Assembly (NCBI GenBank): GCA_001872725.1
Contig: MNWR01000015.1
Coordinates: 3,257-67,256 of the forward strand
Origin: Proteobacteria bacterium CG1_02_64_396
Lineage (GTDB): Bacteria > Pseudomonadota > MNWR01 > CG1-02-64-396
Direction of reading: 5' to 3'
Length of the DNA: 64,000 bases
Each line of letters opens with the position of its first letter. Position 1 is the first letter of the stretch. Of this stretch, positions 41,263 through 50,434 are shown piece after piece. The notes under the pieces were generated by a model, which had not been told where the DNA came from, did not search any database, and saw nothing but the letters and a program-made list of their open reading frames with translations. A program made the translations under genes and the position numbers.

Positions 41263-41940
41263 CTACATCAAGCCACGGCGAGCCAACGAGGTCCAGCCCT
41301 GCCGGGTGACAATCAGATGATCGAGAACCCTGATTTCGAGCCCTTCGGCCAGGGTGACCACGCGGTGGGTGAGGGCCAGGTCTTGGGGCGAGGGATCTTG
41401 GGAGCCCCCTGGATGGTTGTGAACCAAGATCAAGGCGGGACTACCGGCTCGGAAGGCGGCGGCAAAGATGCGTTGTGGGGTGACCGGGGCCGAGGCCATC
41501 CCCCCCAGAGCGATGGTTTCGATCCCTAAAACCCGGTGGGCCTGGGTGAGCAAAAGAACGGCAAATCGCTCTTCGGACAGCCCCCCCAGATGCAGGTTGA
41601 GGTAGGCGACCACCGCCTCGGGGGTTTCGATCGGGTCGCTGCCCAGCGCTTGTTCAAAGAGGATCCGCTCGGCGGCGGCACGCACAATTTTGAGCGCCGT
41701 GGCCCCCGCCTCCCCCAAGCCAGGCGTCTGCGCCAGTTCCCCCCAGGGGGCGTCGCACACCCCGCGCAGCGAGCCGAAACGGGCGACGAGATCCTTGGCC
41801 AGCGGCTTAACGTCGCGCCGGGGGATCGCCTGGGTCAGCAGCAGCTCGACCGCCTCGTAGTCGTGAAAACCGTCGAGCCCCCCCTGCACAAAGCGGGTGC
41901 GCAGCCGTTGGCGGTGTCCTTGGTGGGTATCCGTGCCCAT
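41263..41940 (-). CDS. radC: RadC-family JAB/MPN-domain protein.
   Basis: JAMM motif HNHPGGS. N-terminal HhH region. 225 aa. Confidence 0.85.
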   Translation of the reverse strand: MGTDTHQGHRQRLRTRFVQGGLDGFHDYEAVELLLTQAIPRRDVKPLAKDLVARFGSLRGVCDAPWGELAQTPGLGEAGATALKIVRAAAERILFEQALGSDPIETPEAVVAYLNLHLGGLSEERFAVLLLTQAHRVLGIETIALGGMASAPVTPQRIFAAAFRAGSPALILVHNHPGGSQDPSPQDLALTHRVVTLAEGLEIRVLDHLIVTRQGWTSLARRGLM

Positions 41941-41950
41941 GGGGGCTCCT

Positions 41951-42051
41951 TAGGGAAACGCTGATTCAAGGCTCCTGCCTTGAGTCAGCACGCTACGCAA
42001 AAACCGAAGCCCTGCTGAAAAAGGCAGGAGCCTTGAATCGGCGCTTCCTTA
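41951..42051. repeat. MITE-like repeat, copy D, a short variant.
   Basis: TAGGGAAACGCTGATTCAAGG ... TTGAATCGGCGCTTCCTTA. Starts 11 bp upstream of the radC start. Confidence 0.6.
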
Positions 42052-42142
42052 GTGGGTTTTTCGCCCAATGAATCGGCGTCAGGGACGCCACGAACAGATA
42101 CGGTCTCTACAAAGGGGGAGGACGCGGTTCGGCGGGACCGTC

Positions 42143-43537
42143 TTACCCCTTACGCCAGGTGGTGCCCCCCGGGCCGTCCTCTAAAACCACCCCTTCGTCG
42201 GCGAGCAATTTGCGGATTTCGTCGGCGCGCCCCCAGTTGCGCTCTTGGCGGGCCTGGTTGCGCTCTTGAATAAGCCCCTCGATCCAAGTCGCCTCGTCGG
42301 CATCGGCGTCGCCACGCAGGTACGATTCCGGGTCGCTCTGAAGCAGACCCAGAATCGATCCCAGACGGCGCAGCGCCTCAACCTCGGCGGTGGGGCTTTG
42401 ACCCGCATCGAGCTGTTTGTTGATCTCGTGGGCCAGCCCGTGCAACACCGCCATCGCCTCGGCGGTGTTCAGGTCGCCATCGAGCGCCGCCTTAAAACGG
42501 GCGGTCCAGGCGTCGTTGGTTCTATAGGGGTCGGGGTTGGCTGCCGCCGCCCCTACCACCCCGGTCCGGCGCAGGGTGGCATAGAGCCGCTCCATCCCTG
42601 CCGCTGCTTGTGCCATGTGCCCCTCGGAGTAATCGAGCGGCCCGTGGTAGTGGGCCGAGAGCAGCAGCAGCCGCAGCGCCTCGGCGGGGTAGTGGGCCAG
42701 CACCTCGCGGATGGTGAAGAAGTTGCCGAGCGACTTGCTCATCTTCTCTTCGTTGATACGCAAAAAGCCGACGTGCATCCAATGGTTGGCCAGGTGTTGG
42801 TGGCCGCTGGCGCCGCAGCTTTGGGCGATCTCGTTTTCGTGGTGGGGGAAGATCAGGTCCATCCCGCCGCCGTGTAAATCGAAGACCTCACCCAGGTAGC
42901 GCATCGACATGGCCGAGCACTCCAGATGCCAGCCAGGCCGTCCCGCCCCCCAAGGGGAGTCCCACTGTGGCTCCCCCGGTTTGGCCGATTTCCACAGAAC
43001 GAAGTCGAGCGGATCCTCTTTATGGGGATTGACCTCAATCCGCTCCCCGGCTTGCAGATCGTCCAGCGATTTACCTGAGAGCGAGCCATAACCCTGAAAC
43101 TTGCGCACCCGGAAGAAAACATCCCCCCCGCCGACGTAGGCCAGTCCTCGGGTTTCAAGCCGCTGCACCAAGGCGATCATCTCGTCGATGTGGCCGGTCG
43201 CGGTCGGTTCCACGTCGGGGGGCAGGCAGCCGATGGCGGCCATGTCCTGCTGAAAGTAGGCGGTGGTCTCCTCGGTCAGCGCCTGGCAGCCAATCCCCCG
43301 CTCGGCCGCCCGCTTGATGATCTTGTCGTCGATGTCGGTGATGTTGCGGACGTAGGTCACCCGTGTGCCCGAGGCGCGCAGGTGGCGAGTTAGGGTGTCG
43401 AACACCGCCATCACCCTGGCGTGGCCGACATGGGACAGGTCGTAGACCGTCACCCCGCAGACGTAGAGCTTGAGGTGATCGGGCTCCAGGGTTTGCAGGG
43501 GCTCAAGCGAGCGGGTCAGGGTGTTGAAAAGCAGCAT
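42143..43537 (-). CDS. cysS: Cysteinyl-tRNA synthetase.
   Basis: HIGH motif CGVTVYDLSHVGHAR. KMSKS motif KMSKSLGN. The upstream 98-codon extension in the listed ORF is not supported. Confidence 0.9.
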   Translation of the reverse strand: MLLFNTLTRSLEPLQTLEPDHLKLYVCGVTVYDLSHVGHARVMAVFDTLTRHLRASGTRVTYVRNITDIDDKIIKRAAERGIGCQALTEETTAYFQQDMAAIGCLPPDVEPTATGHIDEMIALVQRLETRGLAYVGGGDVFFRVRKFQGYGSLSGKSLDDLQAGERIEVNPHKEDPLDFVLWKSAKPGEPQWDSPWGAGRPGWHLECSAMSMRYLGEVFDLHGGGMDLIFPHHENEIAQSCGASGHQHLANHWMHVGFLRINEEKMSKSLGNFFTIREVLAHYPAEALRLLLLSAHYHGPLDYSEGHMAQAAAGMERLYATLRRTGVVGAAAANPDPYRTNDAWTARFKAALDGDLNTAEAMAVLHGLAHEINKQLDAGQSPTAEVEALRRLGSILGLLQSDPESYLRGDADADEATWIEGLIQERNQARQERNWGRADEIRKLLADEGVVLEDGPGGTTWRKG

Positions 43538-43548
43538 AGGGACCGATT

Positions 43549-43728
43549 TCAGGCGAAAAGGCCGCGCACCGACATCCACAACCACAGGATGGTCAGCACG
43601 GCGAAGAAGATGGCGCCGAACCACTGCCAACCGCTGCGGGGTTCGGTGTTGTAGGACTGCCAACCAAAGTAGCCGCACATGACGGCAAGAAAGCCGTAGG
43701 TGATGAAGCCTTTGATGAGATCGATCAC
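43549..43728 (-). CDS. Small (59-aa) predicted membrane protein.
   Basis: GTG start preceded by AGGAG. Two hydrophobic segments: FITYGFLAVMCGYFGW and WFGAIFFAVLTILWLWM. Confidence 0.35.
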   Translation of the reverse strand: MIDLIKGFITYGFLAVMCGYFGWQSYNTEPRSGWQWFGAIFFAVLTILWLWMSVRGLFA

Positions 43729-43835
43729 GGGGGCTCCTGGGATTAGGGATCGACAAGGGGCGAAGTGAAATGGGGCTGATCCTAAGTTTCGAGGGGGTCG
43801 GGGGATGTTGCAAGGGCAAGGGGCCGACCACGCGG

Positions 43836-45053
43836 TTAGATGAACCAGGCCATGGCGATGGTACAGGTGAGGAGGGTCAGCGGTGCCCCCACACGAAAAA
43901 AGGGCCAGAACCCCAGGATCACCCCCTGTTTGCGAGCCGCTTCGGCGACGATCAAAGCCGCCATTGAGCCGGTCAGGGCGAGGTTGCCCGCCAAGGTCGA
44001 GATCGCTGCCAGCACCCGCCAAGCGGCCTGGGGGTCGGCAAAGGGGGGGATCCACGGCGCAGCCAGCATGACGAAGGGTACGTTCGAAACCAGGTTCGAG
44101 CCGATCAGGGTTGTTAGACCCAGGACGATCAAGGGACGGGCCCCCTCTCCCCCCATCCAGGGGGCCATCGTCTGCCAAAGCGACTCGGGGGCGCCGCTGC
44201 GCACCACCCCCTCCATCACCACAAAAAGACCAGCAAACATTAGAAGCAGCGGCCAATCGATCCGGGCCAGCATGCGGTCGGGGGAGGCGCCGCCCAACAG
44301 CAGTAGCAGAGCGGCGGCGGTAAGGACCGCCAGGGTCATGTCGGCTCCAGCCAACAGCGCCCCAAGGAGCCCGAGGGCGATGAGCGGCACGAGCCGGTTG
44401 GGTCGCCCTGGCGCGTCGGGCTCAAGCTCGGGATTGCAGGCAGGGATGGGGTCGCTTCGGTGCAGGGGAAGCAGCCACAACACCAAGGCGGTCGCCCCCA
44501 GCAGCAGCCCCCCCAAGGGGGCCAGGGCGGCGGCGTAGCCGTTGAAAGTCATGGGGGCTTGCAGGGCGATGAAGGCCTGCTGCGGGTTGCCCAGAGGGAG
44601 CATCAAACTGCCGACATTGCTGCCCAGAATCAGGGCGATCAGGGGGCGAATCGGGGCGATCCCGGTCCGCAGACAGACCCGGGTCAGCAGGGGGGTCAGA
44701 GCCAAGCAAACGGTATCGTTCATCAGCAGCGCCGACAGCATCCCCGCTGCCAGCGCCACCGTGGGGGCCAGCGTGCGGGGGGCGTGGATCGCACACCGCG
44801 ACAATCCCCCCTCCAGCCCCCGCAACCATCCCCCCTCCTCCAGGTAGCGGGCCACAATCATCAACCCCAACAGCAGCGCCAGGGTCGGTAGGTGGACGGC
44901 GGCGCTGGCCTGTTCCAGGGTCAGATCGGTCGCCAGCAACATCAGTACCGCTCCGGTTAGCGCTCCGGCGGGGCGGTTGATTTGCACCCCCGGCAGCCGC
45001 TGTACGGCGATCAGGATCATGGTGAGGGTCAGGACGAGCAGGGGGGCGGTCAT
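43836..45053 (-). CDS. Anion permease of the ArsB/NhaD (CitMHS-like) superfamily.
   Basis: 405 aa, polytopic, with a duplicated hydrophobic-repeat architecture typical of this superfamily. Confidence 0.65.
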   Translation of the reverse strand: MTAPLLVLTLTMILIAVQRLPGVQINRPAGALTGAVLMLLATDLTLEQASAAVHLPTLALLLGLMIVARYLEEGGWLRGLEGGLSRCAIHAPRTLAPTVALAAGMLSALLMNDTVCLALTPLLTRVCLRTGIAPIRPLIALILGSNVGSLMLPLGNPQQAFIALQAPMTFNGYAAALAPLGGLLLGATALVLWLLPLHRSDPIPACNPELEPDAPGRPNRLVPLIALGLLGALLAGADMTLAVLTAAALLLLLGGASPDRMLARIDWPLLLMFAGLFVVMEGVVRSGAPESLWQTMAPWMGGEGARPLIVLGLTTLIGSNLVSNVPFVMLAAPWIPPFADPQAAWRVLAAISTLAGNLALTGSMAALIVAEAARKQGVILGFWPFFRVGAPLTLLTCTIAMAWFI

Positions 45054-45179
45054 GCGGGCCTCGGTCGTGGGGCAGGGGGGGGATCATGGCACGGTGACGG
45101 TTCGGCGGCGATGGTGCCGCCGGGCGCCGGATCTGGCAGTCTTGCGGCTCTTGGCAATGGGCGCGGATGGGAGGCAACG

Positions 45180-46124
45180 ATGGCGGGAACCGACAACGGG
45201 GTTGTGACGTTGGAGGCGGGGCAGGTACTGGCGGCTCGGTGGTCCGACGGCGCCCCCATGACATGGGAGGAGGTACTGCAAGGGGAGGCGGGAATCATCC
45301 AAGCCGCCGTCCCCGCCGATGCTTTGCTCCGGGGATTGAAGGAGCGGTTCGATTTAGACGAGCTGCATGTCGCCGATCTGCTCAACCCCGATCACCCCCC
45401 CCAGTGGGAGCGGCACGGTACGGGACGGCACCTGATCCTACGTATCGCCTCGCAAGAGGGGGTGGCCGCCTACGTGCGCCCCTTTTCGCTGTTCTTTGAC
45501 GACCAGATGGCGGCGCTGGTTTGGCCCGAGCCCTGCACCGAGCCCTACGACCTGAGAAAGCTGCATGAAGAAAACCCGATCGATGCGGTGGTGCGCATTC
45601 TTCATAGCCTGCTTGACCGCCACCTGCGCCGGGTAGTGGTGTTGATCGACGAAAGTGAAGATATCGAGGACGAGGCGCTGGGCAACGCCGAAAAGGCCGA
45701 CCTGCCCGCCCTGCTCGAAAAACGGCGCGAGTTGACCCGTTTAGCCCGGGCGGCCCGTAACAACCTGTTGGTGTTGGAGCATCTACTGCGCGATGGGCGG
45801 TTCGCCGAGCATGTGCGTCTGAGCGATGCCCAGGAGCACATGAGGCGGGCCATGAATCTGGCCGAGGCACGGGCCGAACACCTGATTGGGGTGGTGATGG
45901 CGGTGCAGTCGATCTTGGGACAGCGGCTCAACGAGGTGATGAAATTCCTCGCCGCCGTCACGGTGATCCTTACCCCCCTGGCCGTGATTACCGGGGTGTT
46001 TGGGATGAACTTCGAGCACATGGGCATCTTGGAGACCGACTGGGGCTTCCCCGCCTCCTTGATCGGCATGGCGATACTGGCGGCGCTCTTGGGGGCCTAT
46101 TTTCGCTGGCGGAGGTGGTTGTGA
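45180..46124 (+). CDS. corA: CorA-family magnesium/cobalt transporter.
   Basis: C-terminal GMNFEHMG (GMN motif) followed by two TM helices. GGGAGG RBS before the ATG at 45180. Confidence 0.8.
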   Translation: MAGTDNGVVTLEAGQVLAARWSDGAPMTWEEVLQGEAGIIQAAVPADALLRGLKERFDLDELHVADLLNPDHPPQWERHGTGRHLILRIASQEGVAAYVRPFSLFFDDQMAALVWPEPCTEPYDLRKLHEENPIDAVVRILHSLLDRHLRRVVVLIDESEDIEDEALGNAEKADLPALLEKRRELTRLARAARNNLLVLEHLLRDGRFAEHVRLSDAQEHMRRAMNLAEARAEHLIGVVMAVQSILGQRLNEVMKFLAAVTVILTPLAVITGVFGMNFEHMGILETDWGFPASLIGMAILAALLGAYFRWRRWL

Positions 46125-47032
46125 TCGATGCTTCCTGGGGGCATTGGCTCGGTCTACTCAAGGCCCCCCTGTTTCACATCGGCGGCAGTCCGGTCGACAG
46201 CATCGGGCTGATCTCTTCCGGGGTGATGATGCTGGTCGGCATCGCCCTGGCCCGGCGTGCCCGACGGCTGTTTCTCGAATCGGTCGCCCCCCGGTTTCAC
46301 CTGCACACCGCCACCGCCCACACCGTGGCGACGCTGCTCTTTTACGGGCTGCTGGTGGTTACGGCCCTGATCTTTTTGAGCATCCTGGGGATCACCCTGA
46401 CCAATCTGGCGGTGGTGGCTGGGGCGATGTCGGTCGGGATCGGCTTCGGGCTGCAAAACATCGCCAACAACTTCGTCTCGGGGCTGATTTTGCTCTTCGA
46501 CCGGGCGATCAAGGTGGGCGATTTCGTCGAGCTCGAAAGCGGTTTGAAGGGGCGGATCACTCAGATCAAGGTGCGCTCGACCGTCATCCTGACCAATGAC
46601 GGGGTCGAGGTGATCGTCCCCAACAGCCATCTCATCAGCAATCAGGTGGTGAACTGGACCTTGTCGGATGAGATGCGCCGTTTGTTGGTCCCCTTTTCGG
46701 TCGCCTACGGCAGCGACATTCACCGTCTGCGTCGGATCATGCTGGAGCAGGTGCCGGTCCGGCTGCCCATCGTGGTTCAGGACGACCCCGAGCGGCCTCC
46801 CCGGCTGTGGTTTTCCGCCATGGGCGATTCATCCCTCGATTTCACCCTGGTGCTCTGGATCAAGGCCGAGGCGGCCACCCGAATGGGGGGCTCGTTGAGC
46901 GAGTGTCTCTTTGTTGTGCACGACCTCTTGATTGAACACGGCTTCGAGATCCCCTTTCCGCAGCAGGATCTGCACATCCGCACCCTCCCAGCCGGGGTGG
47001 TTCTGGCCCCCGAGGGGGTTGGCGGTGGGTGA
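46115..47032 (+). CDS. Small-conductance mechanosensitive channel, MscS family.
   Basis: TM3 pore helix [38 protein letters not shown]. Start overlaps the corA stop. An alternative GTG start lies at 46121. Confidence 0.8.
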   Translation: MVVIDASWGHWLGLLKAPLFHIGGSPVDSIGLISSGVMMLVGIALARRARRLFLESVAPRFHLHTATAHTVATLLFYGLLVVTALIFLSILGITLTNLAVVAGAMSVGIGFGLQNIANNFVSGLILLFDRAIKVGDFVELESGLKGRITQIKVRSTVILTNDGVEVIVPNSHLISNQVVNWTLSDEMRRLLVPFSVAYGSDIHRLRRIMLEQVPVRLPIVVQDDPERPPRLWFSAMGDSSLDFTLVLWIKAEAATRMGGSLSECLFVVHDLLIEHGFEIPFPQQDLHIRTLPAGVVLAPEGVGGG

Positions 47033-47510
47033 AGCGCCACGACTGATTTTGGGTTGGCGCGAATGGGTCGCCTTCCCCGAGCTCGACATCGCCCGGATCA
47101 AGGCCAAGGTCGACACCGGCGCTCGCACCTCGGCGCTGCACACCCACCTGATCGAACCCTTCCGGCAGGGGGGGCAACGGTGGGTGCGGTTCGGTATCCA
47201 CCCTTTGCAACGCAGCCACGCCGAAAGTCGGATCTGCGTCGCCGAGGTGGTCGATCAGCGGGTGGTCAGCGACTCGGGGGGGCACAAAGAAAAGCGGTGG
47301 GTGATCGAAACCCCGTTGCTGCTGGGGGGGGAGAGCTGGCCCATCGAGATCACCCTGACCAAACGCAACAACATGCTCTTTCGGCTGCTGCTGGGCCGCA
47401 CCGCCATTCGGGGGCGGGCCATGGTGGATCCGGGGCGCTCCTACCTCACCGGACGCAAACCCAAACCCATTCCGGCCACTGTAAAGGCCTTATCAAACGG
47501 CCCTTCATAA
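47024..47510 (+). CDS. RimK-associated retropepsin-like putative protease (DUF785, ATP-dependent zinc protease family).
   Basis: Motif [14 protein letters not shown]. Conserved position immediately upstream of rimK. Confidence 0.7.
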
Positions 47511-47650
47511 GCGCAAAAGCCAAAGCGAGGGGGTCTCCCCCTCCCCCTCGTTGGGGATAGACCCTGTAGGAGCGCCGTCCCGGCGCAAGGGCTCAATGAA
47601 GAGACAGACCGCAATCCCCCCTTACCTGAGTCATACCACCGGAGTTCCCG

Positions 47651-48556
47651 ATGAAATTCGCCATCCTCAGCCGCAACCCGAAGCTCTACTCGACCCGCCG
47701 TCTGGTCGAGGCGGGGCAGGTGCGTGGGCACGAGGTGAAGGTTGTCGATCCCCTGCGTTGCTACATGAACATCACCGCGCACCATCCCTCGATTCACTAC
47801 CGGGGTGAAAGGCTCGAAGGGTTCGATGCGGTGATCCCCCGTATCGGCGCCTCGATCACCTTTTATGGCACCGCTGTGGTGCGCCAATTCGAGATGATGG
47901 GGGTTTTCTCGGCCAACGAGTCGGTGGCAATTGCCCGCGCCCGCGACAAACTGCGCTCGTTGCAGTTGCTCTCCCGGGCCGGGATCGGCCTGCCGGTCAC
48001 CGGGTTTGCCCACTCCCCCGACGACATCGAAGATCTTATGGCCATGGTCGGCGGGGCGCCGGTGGTGATTAAGCTGCTGGAGGGGACCCAGGGGATCGGG
48101 GTCGTGCTGGCCGAATCGAAACAAGCGGGCGAAAGCGTCATTCAGGCCTTCATGGGGTTGAAGGCCAACATCTTGGTGCAGGAGTACATCAAAGAGGCGG
48201 GGGGGGCCGACATCCGCTGCTTCGTGATTGGCGAAAAGGTGGTGGCCACCATGATGCGTCAGGGCAAAGAGGGGGACTTTCGCTCCAATCTGCACCGGGG
48301 GGGCAAGGCGCAGCTGATTCGCATCACCCCCGAGGAGCGCTCGACTGCGGTACGGGCCGCCAAAACCATGGGTCTGAACGTCTGCGGGGTCGATCTGCTG
48401 CGCTCCAACCACGGTCCGGTGGTAATGGAGGTGAATTCCTCGCCGGGGTTGGAGGGAATAGAGGCGGCCACCGGCAAAGACATCGCCGGGCTCATCATCG
48501 AATTCCTCGAAAAAAATGCCCGCCCCAATCGCACCCGCACCCGGGGGCAGGGCTGA
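47651..48556 (+). CDS. rimK: Ribosomal protein S6 L-glutamate ligase, ATP-grasp.
   Basis: [19 protein letters not shown]-terminus. ATP-grasp motifs. Confidence 0.9.
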   Translation: MKFAILSRNPKLYSTRRLVEAGQVRGHEVKVVDPLRCYMNITAHHPSIHYRGERLEGFDAVIPRIGASITFYGTAVVRQFEMMGVFSANESVAIARARDKLRSLQLLSRAGIGLPVTGFAHSPDDIEDLMAMVGGAPVVIKLLEGTQGIGVVLAESKQAGESVIQAFMGLKANILVQEYIKEAGGADIRCFVIGEKVVATMMRQGKEGDFRSNLHRGGKAQLIRITPEERSTAVRAAKTMGLNVCGVDLLRSNHGPVVMEVNSSPGLEGIEAATGKDIAGLIIEFLEKNARPNRTRTRGQG

Positions 48557-48558
48557 CC

Positions 48559-49608
48559 ATGGCCAAGGGCGATCTGGTCATCGGCGGGGTGGCGGTTCCG
48601 CGTGGCGGGCGGGCCACCATCGATTTGGTCTTACCGGCCCTCTATACCCACGCCGCTCTGAACATGCCGGTCCAGGTGGTGCGGGGCAAACGACCTGGAT
48701 CGACCCTCTTCGTGACCGGGGTGCTGCACGGTGAGGAGATCAACGGGGTTGAGGTCATTCGCCGCCTACTGCGCCACTCGGCCCTGAAACGGCTGCGCGG
48801 CAGTCTGATTGCGGTGCCGGTGGTCAACGTCTACGGCTTCATCCAGCACTCCCGTTACCTGCCCGACCGGCGCGACCTCAACCGCTCCTTCCCCGGCTCC
48901 GAGTCGGGCTCAATGGCGTCTCGGGTGGCGGCGATCTTAATGCAAGAGGTGGTCGCCAACGCCACCCACGGCATCGACATCCACACCGGCGCTGGCCCCC
49001 GGATCAACCTGCCCCAGGTCCGCGCCTGCCTCGAAGACCCCGAAACCGAACGGCTGGCCCGCATCTTCGGGGCGCCGGTCATCATCGATTCGGATGTGCG
49101 CGACGGCTCCCTGCGCAGCGCAGTGCGCGATCAGGGGCTGCCGATGCTGCTCTACGAAGGGGGGGAGGCGCTGCGCTTTGATGAGACCTCGATCCGCATT
49201 GGGGTACGGGGGATTCTCAACGTTATGCGCGCCTTGGGGATGTTGCCCGACGAGGTGCGCCGCGATCCGAAGCACACCCCCCACGTGGCGACCGCCTCGA
49301 CCTGGGTGCGCGCACCGATGAGCGGGGTGATGCGGGCGCCACTCCCCCTGGGGGTTCGGGTGCATAAGGGACAGGTGCTGGCCATGGTGAGCGACCCCTT
49401 CGGCGAACGGGAGCAGCCGGTCGTTGCCAGCGTCGACGGCATCGTCATCGGACGGGTGCAAGTTCCCCTGGTTTACGAGGGGGAGGCGCTTTTTCATGTC
49501 GCCCGTTTCGACCGCCCAACTCAGGCCGCCGCCGTGGTGGAGGCGGTACAGGCCGAGGCGATGAATGAGGTTTCAGGGGGGTTCGAACCCCCGAGCGACA
49601 CGGCATAA
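48559..49608 (+). CDS. Succinylglutamate desuccinylase / aspartoacylase-family zinc hydrolase.
   Basis: HGEEINGVEV zinc-binding motif. Typical third gene of the rimK cluster. Confidence 0.8.
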   Translation: MAKGDLVIGGVAVPRGGRATIDLVLPALYTHAALNMPVQVVRGKRPGSTLFVTGVLHGEEINGVEVIRRLLRHSALKRLRGSLIAVPVVNVYGFIQHSRYLPDRRDLNRSFPGSESGSMASRVAAILMQEVVANATHGIDIHTGAGPRINLPQVRACLEDPETERLARIFGAPVIIDSDVRDGSLRSAVRDQGLPMLLYEGGEALRFDETSIRIGVRGILNVMRALGMLPDEVRRDPKHTPHVATASTWVRAPMSGVMRAPLPLGVRVHKGQVLAMVSDPFGEREQPVVASVDGIVIGRVQVPLVYEGEALFHVARFDRPTQAAAVVEAVQAEAMNEVSGGFEPPSDTA

Positions 49609-49648
49609 GCCCCATGTGCCGTTTTTGATGCGATTTTAGAGGTAGGTT

Positions 49649-50365
49649 ATGGATTCGTTGTTCGGTATTCACCCCATCACCGCCGCCCTGGAAGAGGGGC
49701 AGCTTGATCGACTCTGGGTGCGCGAGGGCAAACGCCATCCCCGTTTACAGGAGCTGGTGGCCGCCGCCCGCAAACAGGGGGTGGGGGTCAAAGAGGTGCC
49801 GCTCAAAGAGCTCGACCGCCTCGCCGAGGGGGGGGTGCACCAGGGGATCGTCGCCACCTTGCGTCAGGCGCCGCCCCCGCTTGAGCTCGAAGACTGGCTC
49901 GAAACCCTGCCGGTCGACCCATTGGTGGTGCTGCTCGACGGGGTGACCGATCCCCATAATCTGGGAGCGATCATCCGCAGTGTGGCGGCGGCGGGGGGGC
50001 ATGGGGTGATCGTCCCCAAGGATCGCCGCGCCCCGCTGTCGGCCATCGCGGTGAAGGCCAGCGCCGGGACCGCCATGCGGATGCCGCTGGTTCAGGTGAC
50101 CAATCTGGCCCGGACGGTGGAGCAGTTGCAGCAAGAGGGATTCATGGTCTGGGCCGCCGCTGGGGATGGGGCCGCCCCCTGGGACCGGGTCGATCTAAAG
50201 GGCAAAACCGCGCTGGTGTTGGGGGCCGAGGGGGAGGGGGTGCGCCCTTTGGTGCGTAAGCGCTGCGATGGGGCGGTTGCGATCCCCATGGCGGGGGCCG
50301 AGTCGCTCAATGTTTCGGTGGCGGCGGGGGTGTTGCTCTTTGAGGCGGTGCGGCAGAGAAGGTAA
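49649..50365 (+). CDS. rlmB: 23S rRNA (guanosine-2'-O)-methyltransferase, SpoU family.
   Basis: SpoU motifs LVLDGVTDPHNLGAIIRS and LVLGAEGEGV. 238 aa. Confidence 0.8.
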   Translation: MDSLFGIHPITAALEEGQLDRLWVREGKRHPRLQELVAAARKQGVGVKEVPLKELDRLAEGGVHQGIVATLRQAPPPLELEDWLETLPVDPLVVLLDGVTDPHNLGAIIRSVAAAGGHGVIVPKDRRAPLSAIAVKASAGTAMRMPLVQVTNLARTVEQLQQEGFMVWAAAGDGAAPWDRVDLKGKTALVLGAEGEGVRPLVRKRCDGAVAIPMAGAESLNVSVAAGVLLFEAVRQRR

Positions 50366-50387
50366 CGGGTTTGGGGGAAGAGACGGC

Positions 50388-50427
50388 AAAGGGGCCGGTC
50401 CCGGGAGGGACCGGCCCCTTTGCGTTG
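50388..50427. other. Perfect 16-bp-stem hairpin between convergent genes (CAAAGGGGCCGGTCCC-GGGA-GGGACCGGCCCCTTTG).
   Basis: Seen directly in the sequence. It lacks a U-tract, so it is a possible bidirectional terminator or structural element. Confidence 0.3.
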
Positions 50428-50434
50428 GGGCCGT

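Noticed and set aside
43549-44256. 235-aa minus-strand ORF.
   Set aside because: Mostly low-complexity and overlapping the permease gene region. Only the last ~59 codons, which form a small membrane protein with its own RBS, were retained, and at low confidence.
49578-49610. tRNA-like T-arm sequence GGGGGTTCGAACCCCCGAGCGACA.
   Set aside because: It lies inside the 3' end of the desuccinylase-family CDS. No matching acceptor or anticodon arms upstream, and no CCA end. Probably a coincidence, not a tRNA gene or att remnant.
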